Position numbers and translations under genes: made by a program. Shown here in pieces: positions 9,253-20,273 of a DNA stretch of 64,000 nucleotides. The number at the start of each line of letters is the position of its first letter. Within the stretch, counting starts at the first letter, position 1. The notes beneath the pieces are model-generated. The model was given only the letters and a program-made list of their open reading frames with translations. It searched no databases and was not told the DNA's origin. Where the stretch lies: the NCBI GenBank assembly GCA_946965045.2, contig OX337232.1:558001-622000 (forward strand), given 5' to 3'. This DNA is from Epithemia pelagica (Eukaryota > Protista > Bacillariophyta).

Positions 9253-9968
9253 AGTTGAAGGTGGGTAAAAAGCTAACTCTAGACGATAGGGTTAGATACA
9301 GTAGTTTCTCTAGGTCAACCTATATGCACAATAGACGATGGGGCCCTCACCTTCTATCAGCGTAATAGGTCGACTTCTCCGTTACAAAGCAAGTTTGGTT
9401 ATCAAACTGGATGTTTATAAAGAAGTGAGATTAAACTAAAGATTGTGTTTTTCATCTTGAGATGGTTTGGCTCTTCTCGGATCGTTCGGCCATCATCCCC
9501 CAAAATCTAGTCGTACATGAGGAACGTATTCCTTACTTCAGTGGACAAGTACTATGGAGCTACGATTAGGGACTAATAGAACTTGTTCTACTCCATAGAG
9601 GAATGTGTTCCATCTTGGGTTGGATCTCCTGTTGATGAAGATCAAGTTCTATTCTCGAGGATCACGTTCTTTTCTCGATCCTCGATTTATGTAGCCCTTA
9701 CTTCCGAGTGTAGCTCGTCCAGCGTACATCTCTTCCGAATAGTAGAGGGCATAGTTATTCTTATTCACAAATTCCTGTTGCGGGTCCATCTGTCCGTTCA
9801 ACGGCCTACTTCTATTTAAGTACACGTAATGAATCTTAGATACACGTCAAGGTTTTGTGTCACAGACAGCGGTTTGTAACAGATGTCTCAAACCTGAACG
9901 ATAAGCTTGGTGTGCTAGCTGGACTAGTTGATCGGATACAGACGTTGTAGAATAGCTATGTCTTAACT
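9253..9968 (-). repeat. 3' LTR (716 bp)
   Basis: Nearly identical to 18859-19574 (four substitutions seen by eye); termini AGTT...AACT. Confidence 0.95.
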
Positions 9969-9977
9969 CTCCCTCTC
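9969..9977 (-). other. Short polypurine tract (GAGAGGGAG) abutting the 3' LTR
   Basis: Purine run on the element sense strand immediately before the LTR start. Confidence 0.55.
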
Positions 9978-10041
9978 ATGGAGTGATTTCTCAAATTGCG
10001 ATATGCCTCGAGATGTCGGAGAGCAGAAAGAGAGAGAGGAG

Positions 10042-11136
10042 TTACCATCCTTGATTAAGTTTTTGGCAACGTTCGAATAGGTCACGTGCTTGACACTTTG
10101 TAAAGTAATCAGCTCGTTGTTCTTCTGTGCTCACCATGCTGACCTTAGTTCCTCCTGGGTGATCGCCAACATGTTCCCAAAAGAAATGAAGGTAGGTGTT
10201 GAAATGTTTTCTTCTAGGCGTCAACCTTTGCTTCGTTGCAAGATAGAAGGCACCAGAATTATCTTCGAATACCTCTGAGTAGATTGTAGGCTTTTCGAAT
10301 GGAAGGTCCAGATTAGTCAATAGCTCCTCTACTACACGTCGGGTAGCTATGACGCTACGCATGGCTTGTGAGAGGGCATGGTACTCGGCTTGGAGAGTAC
10401 TTAGGGCTACTGACGACTGAAGCTGGGAACGCCAAATTAAAGGGCACCCAGAAAGACTCAGAATATATCCTGTGCGGGATTTGGCGCTTATAGGATTATC
10501 TTGTGGTTCTCGTCCGTGTAGACCGGCGAAATCGGCATCTACATAACAATCCAACTTAAAGTCTTTAGTAGGGGTGAAAATCGTCCCCTTGTCTTTAGTA
10601 CGCACTAGGTATCGGACTATAGTTTTGATTGCTGCTGCGTGAGACTTCTTCGGAGCTGTACTAAATCTTGCTACTTGACTAACTGCAAAGGCTATGTCGG
10701 GTCGCGTGTTAGTGGCCAGGTACAGTAGCATGCCGACAATGGACCTGTATTGCCATTTTTCTTGCATAGGTTCACCATCTGGATCACTTCCGAGTGCCAG
10801 TTGTGTGGCTGGTGTCCAGTTGGGCTTACAGTCTTGTAGTCCTGTAGCTTTGATTATTTTGTTGATCAGGCCCTTTTGGGTCATTGTAATTGACTTGGTC
10901 TTTTCGTCATGTACAAAATTGATGCCTAAGTAATCAGTGAAGTTTCCTTCTTTTTGCAAAGATAGTCCTTTCTCTTTCAGCCGTTCAATAAGGTCGTCTA
11001 CAAGTTTCATTGTAGGGGCACATTCACCACAGTCATCTACCCAGAGAAAGATAATTATGTCTTTCTTGTACAGTAGACATTTATCATGCTTACTCATTTG
11101 GAAACCATCTTCCAATAGGGCCTTTACTAGGTGATC
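10042..11136 (-). pseudogene. Copia RT C-terminal half and RNase H, cut off from pol by an in-frame TAG
   Basis: LW*DHLVKALLEDGF continues in frame across the stop at 11137-11139; motifs FLWVDD, YVDADFAG, STLQAEY, EDNSGA. Confidence 0.9.
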
Positions 11137-14100
11137 CTACCAAAGTCTAGGTGCGGATGAGAGTCCGTATAGACTCTTAAGAAGCCTGAGGCACATAGTT
11201 CCAGGTGATAATGATCTGAAGCCTCTTGGAAGGTGAATCCAGACAGGTTCATGGAGTGTTGCTTGCACGAATGCATTGTTGAAATCGATGCAAGCAAGCT
11301 CCCATCCTAGAAATAGACTAAGGACAAGCACTATTCGAATTGTGCTCCAATTGACAACAGGAGAGTAATTTTCTTCTTCGGTTTCCTGTAGGTCTCCTCG
11401 TACACAGTACCTAGCTTTGTATTTTCGTATCTCTCCATCTGGAGAGCGCTTTCTTTTAAAGACCCATGTTCCAGGTAGGATTCTTGTAGTTGCCTCGGAT
11501 TTCGGCACTTCCGTCCATGTTCCTTTCCCTTCTAGTTCCCTAATCTCATTTTCGGCCGCTTCTTTCCACCTATCTATGTCGTTATCTCGCATTGCTTCGT
11601 CATAGCTCAATGTGTCCGGGTCGGAAATCGACGCTTTCATCATTGAAAGCAGATCGTTAGGCTGATAGGACGGAGCTAGAGAGGCTAGGTTAGCATCCTG
11701 TACATAGCGTTGCGGTGGACAGATAGTTCGTCCGGAGCGTCGGCTGGTTCTGAAAGAACTAGGTGGAGTCGGTTCCGGAGGAGGTTGTTCCCTCTTAGGA
11801 GTGACGGATTTTAAGGGGGTCATAACAGGGGGTGAAGGAGGATCCTGCTCTGCGATTGGCGTTAAGACGGTGTTCTCCCTCTGAGGAAGGGGCGCTGCAA
11901 CAGGGGTGTGTGGAACTCCCTCTGAAGGCAGTGTCGGTTCCGCTACGGGAGCAGAGTGAGAAGAAACAGGAGGCAAAGTGGGAGGAGTGGGTATGGGTAA
12001 AGGATCGTCGGGAATATGTCGATCCATGGATTGATGGATATGATCCAATCGATTTTCATATTTGGATCGATGAACCTCATTAGTTGCCGTAGGCGATTCC
12101 ATATTTTCTTCTGTTTCGTCTTCAGTATATTGATATCGAGATTCTCCGAATAATTGGTCCCATTCAGTACTAGTGAAATCTGGAACATCCTCAACGGAAG
12201 TGGCTATTGTAGAAAACCAATCATCGAATACCACATGGAATTGCGGTGTGATATATCCTGTAGAAGGGTTTAAAACTAAAGGTACAGTTGTTGCGTGTCG
12301 ATTACTCAAGCCCATTAGTATACACCGTGTGGAACGTGGCTTCCACCTAGGTAGCTTCTTTCCATCTGACATAGATTTGTCCAGTACGTAGACAGGGCAG
12401 CCCCACACGTGTAAGTCGTGGAACTTTCGCTGCTCCCATCTAGTGCTAGTGAATAAATCATGTGGGCTTATTCCGGTGGCGGTGTTAGGGACATGGTTAC
12501 ATAAGAAGGTAGCATGGGACACAGCCATGGGCCATAGTGAGAGATCAGCCATTTCTGGCCAATGTATAGCGGTGTGTAGCATCATGGTGCGCGCTATAGA
12601 CATAATTGTTTGTATGGCCCGCTCGGCTATACCGGCGTGATGATGAGCCCCTACTCCAGCAAAGCGGTATGTTTGAGCAAAAGTTTGTAGGGACTCTGTA
12701 TATTTGGCAGAGGTGAATGCCGATCCATTATCGGTTAGATACTGAGAGGGCATAACTCCAACGTCTCTACAAAATAACTCGAAGGAATTTTTAACGTGTA
12801 GAGTTTCATGAGTATTTAAGTGGCTCTGAAAGCCAATCCAGGTGTAACCCGAAGCGTGGTCTACGAATATTGCTCCACCCATATACATATCTTTAGACGT
12901 GGATGAACCCCGAGTATTAAATCTTCTTCCCTTAGTAGAGCATACGAAATGATCGACACTGACACATTGTCCAGGATACAAATTTTCTGCTTTTGTTATC
13001 CCCTTGCGATCCTTCACAATGGAACTTGTGGTTCCAGGTGATGGTCTTCGCTTTTGTTTGCCATATTGACAGGCTGCACAAAGAGGTAAGTTCGTGAGAG
13101 TGGATGCTTTGATGTGGAGTCGACGCTTGTGTTCACTGGTTGCAAGCACTCCGGTTCTCATAACGAATTGAACTTTTCGAAACGACAGGTGGCCGAAGCG
13201 ATTGTGCCAACGTACCAATTCTTGTTGCGCTTCGCTTAAATTCATGTTGTGCTGTGATGTTTCTGAAATGATGAAGCTGAGAGCGTGTGCGCTTTTCTTT
13301 ACTTCTTTGTGGTCGTACCCATACGACATGGGCAGGTTGTTGGACGGATTGATGAGAATTGTGATTTGCGTTCGTTTCTTGTCACCGGGCATTCCTGTAA
13401 GCACCATTGTCTTTCCATCTTGGATGATTTTCTCACCGTCGTATGTTTGGAGTAGACTTTGTGTTGACAGGAGTCTTGCGTTGGTCTTTGGCACAAGAAA
13501 GGCAGGGAGTTTGAGCCGTCTGAGCTTCCCTTCAGTGTCGAGCACAGACCACAAGACGAAACCTCGGCCCGTTGCCTTCATCCTGTTGGCGATTCCTTTT
13601 ACATTGAAGTTTGGCAAGGGCTGGATTGTTCCGATGAAGTCTTGAGTCTGGTTTGTGATCAAGATGCTGGCTCCGCTGTCCCAGATAATTGGATAGGATG
13701 CATTGTGTGGCATGGCGCTTCGTAAAGCGAGAGGATCCTGAAGGCAAGCTTGGAGTCCAGCTTGTGTAATTTGATCCCATTGGTGGTGTGGTGTGCTCCC
13801 CAAGGTCCTGAAGACATCGCAGAGTGTGGGTCCCTCAAGGCACGCTGCAAGAGCAAACATTTCTCGTTCCCTTGCAGATCGTGTGTTCCTGAAGATGTCG
13901 ACAGGATTTGTCGACGGGCGGTTATTAGAGTTCCTATTCCGATGATGGTTCATCGGGTTCGATGGATGGTTGGCGCGATGGGGGTTCTGATAGCGGTCCA
14001 TGGGTGTGGTACAGTATACCTCTTGTGGGTTGCGTCGTTTCTTGGAATGGATTCGTTGTTGACGAAGTCGTTGTTGTAAGGGTTGACGGTTAACCCGTGT

Positions 14101-17100
14101 CAGTCGAGTCCGCATTTGTGCTCGCTTGGTGACTGGAGCAGGGTGAATTGGTCGGAAAACGGATTTGCGTTTGGGACCGGCTCGTCGAGGGGACAAAGGT
14201 TGGTGTTCTCCCTCTTTCGAGCGATTTGCCCTGCCAGAAAGCAACAATTTACCAACAGACACAACAATCAAACGAAGGCAGTCGAAGAGAACACGGCCAT
14301 TAAGGATGGATCCAACAATGTTGCACCAGAAGGTGTGGAAGAGAAGCGTGTTCCCAAACAAAGGGGTTTGAGCTTGGCGACGTGGGTGGAGATTGACTCG
14401 GAAATGGTTGACAGTGGGTGGGCGCTGTGGCTGGGGTGAGAATAAAGAACGGATAGGGGCAGTGTGTGCCACGCTAGGCGATTCCCAGGGTGCAACCATG
14501 AAGGCAGCCAACCAACAGCACAACCAGGTGAAGAAAGCAGGTTGGCACGATGGGTGAATAAGAACACTCCAAACAAGGGCAGACCCGCCGTAGGTCAAAT
14601 CTCGGATTCCCAAGTACAGATGGGTCATTCCCGACCAAATAGACTTAAAACCTGAAATAGTTGCATTGTTTGCATGTTCCAGAGGGTGTGGAACAGGTAG
14701 GATCCAAAGGATACTGGATAGGACCACAAGAAGGGTCGTGAAGCTAGCCGCAAACATGTGCCAAGGGAAAGCAGGAATTGTGGTGGTCTCACCCTGCGTT
14801 TGTACCGACCCGACAGGCGCAGTGTGGTTGCTTGCACGTGTAGGGCCACGCGTATCTCCGGGCGTGGTGTCCGAGAGAGTACTATAAGGTGCATAGTTCA
14901 TTTCGAACTGATCGAAATCCGGAAAGTCTTTGCTAGGGTCACGAGGCGTCTGTGATTGTGATGGATAGACTGTACTGCTAGATCCATCAGAACGGACACG
15001 ATCAGGGCAGACCGGCGTCGGGATGTCAGGAGCAAGGTCGCCGGCCGCTAAGTTCCAAGCAAATTCGTGAATGAGAGTCAAAGGCAGACTCCGATTGGAA
15101 TAGGGTGATCCTTCAACCTGTTCACGTTCATGAGTGTAAGTCCATAGTTCTTTAACAAGCTCGCCTTGGTTGTGTAGCTTGATTTCCAGCTCTCCACGTG
15201 TGGCTGGATCAGACTCACGGTTGAATGCAAGACGTGTTGTCACTAATTCCTCAGTCGCGTTGGTTATGAGGACGTCCATCTTGTCTGGATCTTGGTCAAA
15301 CTCGTGCTTCGCCAGTACATTATGGATCACAGTAATACTGTGGGGGACACACGTGAGGTATTGGATGATACTGTCACAGAGTGAGACAAAAGGGGACTCG
15401 TTGTTCTCGTCGATCTCATCTTCACTTTCCAAATTTTCGTTTGCATCAGTCATCTCTTCGTCGTCGGAGCTCGAGTCCGAGTCAGCAATCTCAATGAGTG
15501 CCATCTTGGCATAGTATTGCGCAAAGGGATTGATACGTGGGTAAGTGATATCTGTTTCGTTTGTTGTGTGAGAAGCGTCAGTGGGAACGTATTGTTCTCC
15601 AAGATTGCTTGTGTCGACAAACGACGTCGAGGAGAAGGATCGTTCTCCATCCGCTGTGTCAGCCATGTCTTCTGCTTGCTGTTCCAAAGTCTCACATGCC
15701 TTGCTTCTTGAACTGAGATTTACAGAGGGCGGATCTGAGATATTGACTGGTGACGGCGTGGTGTTGCTTTGATTGAGAAGGGCAACAAATTGTGCATGGT
15801 ATCCTCGTTCAATTGGTCGATGTTCCATGATGCGAGCCCGAAGAAGGCAAGGTGGCGGATCGGATTGAATCTCGAGTCCAGGCCAGACAGGAGCTGGATT
15901 TGGGTGGTGTGGGATCCTCGTACCATCCAAATACCATCCAAGGTACCATTCTTCGTTCTTTACTCTTTGGTAAGCCTGTGCGATGGTAAGTTCCGGCTCT
16001 TGGTGTTGCAGAGCGTAAACGGTGTACTGCGCTCTCTCATAACGCATTCCATCTCGTCTTGCTTTTGCTGCTTCTTCCTCTATGGAGATCCGTGGATCTG
16101 TTGCAGGAGGACGCAGTCCTGGTTGAAAGCTTCTTGACCATTCTTCCAAAGTTCTCACAGAAGGACGAGGTTGGAGATTGAGTCGAGGAGGTGAAGTGTG
16201 GTCCATCTGGATAGGTGAGATATCTGGTTGCATTGCTGCAGGTTTCCTATCCTCTTGTTCCTCATCACTTGCAATCTCTCCTCTCTGCAAGTTCTTGAGA
16301 GGGGTCATTGAGATATTGTCATCGCTCAAAACCGAGCTGTCCTGTGTTGTATCGAGGATCGAGCCCATTGTTGTGTTGTGGGAACGCATATGTGTGTCGT
16401 CACTGCCGAGGTTGAGTTGAGAGCTGTCAAAGCTCGCTTCGTGTGCAGCTGTGTTTGCTTCAACAGTTTGGATGGCCATGCTTAGATCCGTGTCCATATT
16501 TTGGTTCTTGTTTGATGTGTCATACCAGGAGTTGATGTCCTCCCATTCGTCAAAATACAATGTATTTGCTTCTGCTTCTGTCTCACTATCACACCTCTTT
16601 TCACAGCAATGACGACGTACAAGAGGTGGTAGAGAAGAGAAGGACTCATCGGATGCAACAATTGACTCTCCAGACCCAACAATCAACCCCAGAGGAGTTC
16701 CTTCCTCTGTTTTCCGTTCTTCGGTGATGTGGTCCACACAACAATTTGTTTCTTCTTGGTTCTGTGGAGGATCCTTATTTGAATGGGAGGACCATTCCAG
16801 AGAGGACGTGTCTGCCGAGTGGTGATCAAAGTTGGGATTGTTGACTGGGTGCTGAATCATGTTGGAAGAATTGGAGGTTCCGTGTACTTCCATGAAGTCG
16901 CATTGCATGACAAAGGCGCACAAGTCGAAGTCCTGTGTATTGGTATATCCTTTGTCGTCTTCTTCAAGAGACATGCAATCTGGAAGATCTTTCCAGTCGT
17001 TGGTATTGCAGTCTTGGTCATTACAAAGTACACAACAATCAAACTCTGTTTTCCAAGCGGACACATCAAATTCGAGCTTGTGGGCTCGGGATTCCTTGGT

Positions 17101-17280
17101 GCCGTGCTTGTTTTTCTTGTATCCAACAATATGCTTGGCGGTCCCATGGGTGTCATTCCATCGTTTACAGATGGCACACCAATAGTACATAACCCCGTCT
17201 ACGATCATGGATTCAGGTTCATGAGAGGCCGGAGGCACAAGCCTCCACGGATGCGCCTTTGAACGGTCAACTCGAGTCAT
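11137..17280 (-). CDS. Copia gag C-terminus and pol (knuckle, long linker, protease, integrase, RT N-half)
   Basis: YYWCAICKRWNDTHGTAKH knuckle; IIWDSGAS protease; WHNRFGHLS and CAACQYGK zinc motif; VSVDH, LTDNGSAF, AERAI integrase core; PGTWVFKRK, YKARYCVRGD, DFNNAFVQA, SLYGL RT motifs. Confidence 0.93.
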   Translation of the reverse strand: MTRVDRSKAHPWRLVPPASHEPESMIVDGVMYYWCAICKRWNDTHGTAKHIVGYKKNKHGTKESRAHKLEFDVSAWKTEFDCCVLCNDQDCNTNDWKDLPDCMSLEEDDKGYTNTQDFDLCAFVMQCDFMEVHGTSNSSNMIQHPVNNPNFDHHSADTSSLEWSSHSNKDPPQNQEETNCCVDHITEERKTEEGTPLGLIVGSGESIVASDESFSSLPPLVRRHCCEKRCDSETEAEANTLYFDEWEDINSWYDTSNKNQNMDTDLSMAIQTVEANTAAHEASFDSSQLNLGSDDTHMRSHNTTMGSILDTTQDSSVLSDDNISMTPLKNLQRGEIASDEEQEDRKPAAMQPDISPIQMDHTSPPRLNLQPRPSVRTLEEWSRSFQPGLRPPATDPRISIEEEAAKARRDGMRYERAQYTVYALQHQEPELTIAQAYQRVKNEEWYLGWYLDGTRIPHHPNPAPVWPGLEIQSDPPPCLLRARIMEHRPIERGYHAQFVALLNQSNTTPSPVNISDPPSVNLSSRSKACETLEQQAEDMADTADGERSFSSTSFVDTSNLGEQYVPTDASHTTNETDITYPRINPFAQYYAKMALIEIADSDSSSDDEEMTDANENLESEDEIDENNESPFVSLCDSIIQYLTCVPHSITVIHNVLAKHEFDQDPDKMDVLITNATEELVTTRLAFNRESDPATRGELEIKLHNQGELVKELWTYTHEREQVEGSPYSNRSLPLTLIHEFAWNLAAGDLAPDIPTPVCPDRVRSDGSSSTVYPSQSQTPRDPSKDFPDFDQFEMNYAPYSTLSDTTPGDTRGPTRASNHTAPVGSVQTQGETTTIPAFPWHMFAASFTTLLVVLSSILWILPVPHPLEHANNATISGFKSIWSGMTHLYLGIRDLTYGGSALVWSVLIHPSCQPAFFTWLCCWLAAFMVAPWESPSVAHTAPIRSLFSPQPQRPPTVNHFRVNLHPRRQAQTPLFGNTLLFHTFWCNIVGSILNGRVLFDCLRLIVVSVGKLLLSGRANRSKEGEHQPLSPRRAGPKRKSVFRPIHPAPVTKRAQMRTRLTRVNRQPLQQRLRQQRIHSKKRRNPQEVYCTTPMDRYQNPHRANHPSNPMNHHRNRNSNNRPSTNPVDIFRNTRSAREREMFALAACLEGPTLCDVFRTLGSTPHHQWDQITQAGLQACLQDPLALRSAMPHNASYPIIWDSGASILITNQTQDFIGTIQPLPNFNVKGIANRMKATGRGFVLWSVLDTEGKLRRLKLPAFLVPKTNARLLSTQSLLQTYDGEKIIQDGKTMVLTGMPGDKKRTQITILINPSNNLPMSYGYDHKEVKKSAHALSFIISETSQHNMNLSEAQQELVRWHNRFGHLSFRKVQFVMRTGVLATSEHKRRLHIKASTLTNLPLCAACQYGKQKRRPSPGTTSSIVKDRKGITKAENLYPGQCVSVDHFVCSTKGRRFNTRGSSTSKDMYMGGAIFVDHASGYTWIGFQSHLNTHETLHVKNSFELFCRDVGVMPSQYLTDNGSAFTSAKYTESLQTFAQTYRFAGVGAHHHAGIAERAIQTIMSIARTMMLHTAIHWPEMADLSLWPMAVSHATFLCNHVPNTATGISPHDLFTSTRWEQRKFHDLHVWGCPVYVLDKSMSDGKKLPRWKPRSTRCILMGLSNRHATTVPLVLNPSTGYITPQFHVVFDDWFSTIATSVEDVPDFTSTEWDQLFGESRYQYTEDETEENMESPTATNEVHRSKYENRLDHIHQSMDRHIPDDPLPIPTPPTLPPVSSHSAPVAEPTLPSEGVPHTPVAAPLPQRENTVLTPIAEQDPPSPPVMTPLKSVTPKREQPPPEPTPPSSFRTSRRSGRTICPPQRYVQDANLASLAPSYQPNDLLSMMKASISDPDTLSYDEAMRDNDIDRWKEAAENEIRELEGKGTWTEVPKSEATTRILPGTWVFKRKRSPDGEIRKYKARYCVRGDLQETEEENYSPVVNWSTIRIVLVLSLFLGWELACIDFNNAFVQATLHEPVWIHLPRGFRSLSPGTMCLRLLKSLYGLSSAPRLW

Positions 17281-18649
17281 ATTCTTTTTGCGTTGGGGTT
17301 TCTTCTTTCCCCCTTGTTGCGGTGACCGGTCAAAGGATTGCGTGGTCCAGTGGATGGAGAAGGGGTGGGATTATGGCCAGGAGGGTGTTTCAGCGAATTG
17401 ATGAGGGCATTCAAGTTTGCCTGGGTCATTGTACCCTTATGACCACCACTGCAATTTTGTCGAGGGGACGGAGTAGTTTTCGCGATTGCTTTGTTTGCTC
17501 CAAATGAGGTAGGTGGCGCTTTGGAGTCAGTGGCATGCTGCTTGGGGCGCCACTCGCCATCCTTGACACTAACCAAATATTTTGTGTTTGCTGTTTCAAT
17601 GATATCGGTATACCACAGCTTTTCTTTTCGCATTTTCAGATCAGCAGTGGTGCGATCCTGGAAGCAAACTTCAATGATGGTGTCATTTAGACTCTTCACC
17701 AAGTACATGAGCTCAAACTTGGGAGTGTCTGGCCACTCGGCACGTAGTATATTGGTCATCAAGCTAGCGGTCAGGGTGTGGTCGTACAACCCAGCGGCGA
17801 TCAACGGTCGCGCCTTCTGCGAGAAGTCTTTGGTGAGTGCCATTATGTCTTGGCCCGGATATTTTTGAGGGAGTAATCCTCTCATATCTTTCTTCACCTG
17901 TTCCCAGTGTTGCGGTGAGTCATGTGTCACTATTTTCACAAGCACCATGAAAAGCTCCGGGAACGATTTGACGTCCCGTGCTTGATCCTGCACTTCCCTT
18001 TTGAATCCCTTTTCAAGACAGTCGAACAGGAAATCTCGTGCGCTCACATCATTGTTGCGATCATACTTATTGTATTGAGTCATCTGCACGTCCATCAACT
18101 CCTTGACCTTGCTGGGAGTGTATTTGGGATGTTCAGTCACAATGAAGAGCATTTCGGTGGGATCAAGGGGATTACGTAAGTACGCGATCGAGTCCATGCC
18201 ATGCATGACAAGTCTCCTTTCTTTTTGTCAAACTTGTCTTCAGGTCCTGTCACTCGGTCCTTGAACCGCTTGTCGTTGAAGGTACGTACTTGAAGTGCAC
18301 GCAAGTATTCTTGTCTTGTGGTTGGGTCTAACCCTTTCCAATCTGCGTTGGATTTCCCGCCAGTCCAGATGACAAACTCATCTCGTTTGCTCTGGAAGAT
18401 GCCGCCAATCTTAGGCTTGGTCGGCTTAAACACAGTGGGTGGAGCGTCCTCCTCCTCGGTCATGCTTGTTTGTCTTGACTCACCAATCAACCCGTCGGAG
18501 TTTTGCAATCTACCGGTTTGTTGGTCGTTGTTGGTGTCCTCCTCGTTGTTTTCAATCCGCGCCCCTGGAACTCCTGTATCAGTGACAGTGGTTTCTTGCT
18601 GGGGTTGTTCGTCGGAATCAAGAGAGGATAGTAAGTCGAAACTTCCCAC
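17277..18649 (-). pseudogene. Copia gag, split by a frameshift near 18200-18225 and out of frame with the downstream ORF at the C5 run 17309-17313
   Basis: ORF 18137-18649 (...GPEDKFDKKKG) switches frame to RRLVMHGMDSIAY (17277-18206). Adding one G at AAG GGG GGA would join it to KKKPQRKKNMTRVD of the pol ORF. Confidence 0.8.
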
Positions 18650-18844
18650 TCCACTGGAGGAGGTTGGGGAGTCTTGGTCGTCAGCCGTATTGGAGCTGGA
18701 GTCAGGGAGAAGCTAGATAGCTTCAGCGCGCAAAGCGGTTGGGTGGACGCAATAATCCACCAGAGCTAGTAGAAGGGACAAGCTCGATGTCTCGTCCTTG
18801 GGATCGATCAACAGATAAAAGCGTAGGGTTTGTCAGCCTCTGTT

Positions 18845-18858
18845 TGGGCTCGATAACC
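18845..18858 (-). other. Primer-binding site GGTTATCGAGCCCA
   Basis: Directly follows the 5' LTR and resembles the GGTTATGGGCCCA-type PBS of Drosophila copia (internal tRNA-iMet priming). The primer tRNA was not verified. Confidence 0.65.
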
Positions 18859-19574
18859 AGTTAAAGGTGGGTAAAAAGCTAACTCTAGACGATAGGGTTA
18901 GATACAGTAGTTTCTCTAGGTCAACCTATATGCACAATAGACGATGGGGCCCTCACCTTCTATCAGCGTAATAGGTCGACTTCTCCGTTACAAAGCAAGT
19001 TTGGTTATCAAACTGGATGTTTATAAAGAAGTGAGATTAAACTAAAGATTGTGTTTTTCATCTTGAGATGGTTTGGCTCCTCTCGGATCGTTCGGCCATC
19101 ATCCCCCAAAATCTAGTCGTACATGAGGAACGTATTCCTTACTTCAGTGGACAAGTACTATGGAGCTACGATTAGGGACTAATAGAACTTGTTCTACTCC
19201 ATAGAGGAATGTGTTCCATCTTGGGTTGGATCTCCTGTTGATGAAGATCAAGTTCTATTCTCGAGGATCACGTTCTTTTCTCGATCCTCGATTTATGTAG
19301 CCCTTACTTCCGAGTGTAGCTCGTCCAGCGTACATCTCTTCCAAATAGTAGAGGGCATAGTTATTCTTATTCACAAATTCCTGTTGCGGGTCCATCTGTC
19401 CGTTCAACGGCCTACTTCTATTTAAGTACACGTAATGAATCTTAGATACACGTCAAGGTTTTGTGTCACAGACAGCGGTTTGTAACAGATGTCTCAAACC
19501 TGAACGATAAGCTAGGTGTGCTAGCTGGACTAGTTGATCGGATACAGACGTTGTAGAATAGCTATGTCTTAACT
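18859..19574 (-). repeat. 5' LTR (716 bp)
   Basis: Matches 9253-9968; followed on + by the TSD ATAAC. Confidence 0.95.
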
Positions 19575-20273
19575 ATAACCCAAAGAAATTGTTAGAGGAG
19601 TAGTCGCTGGAAGAAACGGTTAGTACTCTATAGGAGTACTATCGATCGACTCAGTATTCTTGTTCTAGGTAGATTCTAGGAGAAGTATCAGATGAAATGC
19701 GAGGATGATAATATACTCTGTGTTGAGGATACTGCTCGCAAACGTTGCCAAGGTAACACCAACCAAAAGACCATCATCACCATTCTCTCCCCAGCGACAA
19801 AACGGACACGGCAACAATGTATGCGTGGTAGTGGTTGTAGGAGCCCTTGTGGTTGAATGAATCTTCCCTGTTGTTCCATGTTGATATATTTTGGTGGTTG
19901 TTTCAATTCCATTTGCAGCCCAAAGGGTAAGGTAAAGGTATGTGCCATCCGTTCGTCCAATTTGTATCCCGGCTGGTGGATGTGTCGTCGGGCGTGCGTC
20001 TTCAACGGATGCGGCCTGCGCTTTTTTCGAGCACCAGACAGACGGAATCTTGAAAAGATTCTCTCCTTCTTTTCTTTGCGAAGATGGATGTTCTCTTTCA
20101 TTTTGGTTTTCCCAACTGATGGTGGTTGTCAGCAACAGACGACACTATTGAATGCATCATCTGGAGTTGCCGTCATACCGTGAACGAACTCCTCATTGAC
20201 TGTGTGATCCTTCCAATTTTTTTTCCTTTTCCGAGGTCGTGTCTGCCTATAGTCAAGGCGTCGCATCCTCTCT

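Larger units (their letters stand above)
9253..19574 (-). mobile_element. Full-length Ty1/Copia LTR retrotransposon (diatom CoDi-like), defective
   Basis: Two 716-bp LTRs; 5-bp TSD ATAAC at 9248-9252 and 19575-19579; domain order gag-PR-INT-RT-RNaseH; PBS and PPT next to the LTRs. Confidence 0.97.

Noticed and set aside
9253-9968. The two 716-bp repeats, or the short repeat arrays, as CRISPR or prokaryotic elements
   Set aside because: The sequence is eukaryotic; the long repeats are LTRs, and no array has constant repeats with unique spacers.
19665-20183. Several 100-156 aa ORFs between the 5' LTR and the aminotransferase
   Set aside because: No recognisable motif, mutually overlapping frames and no splice evidence.
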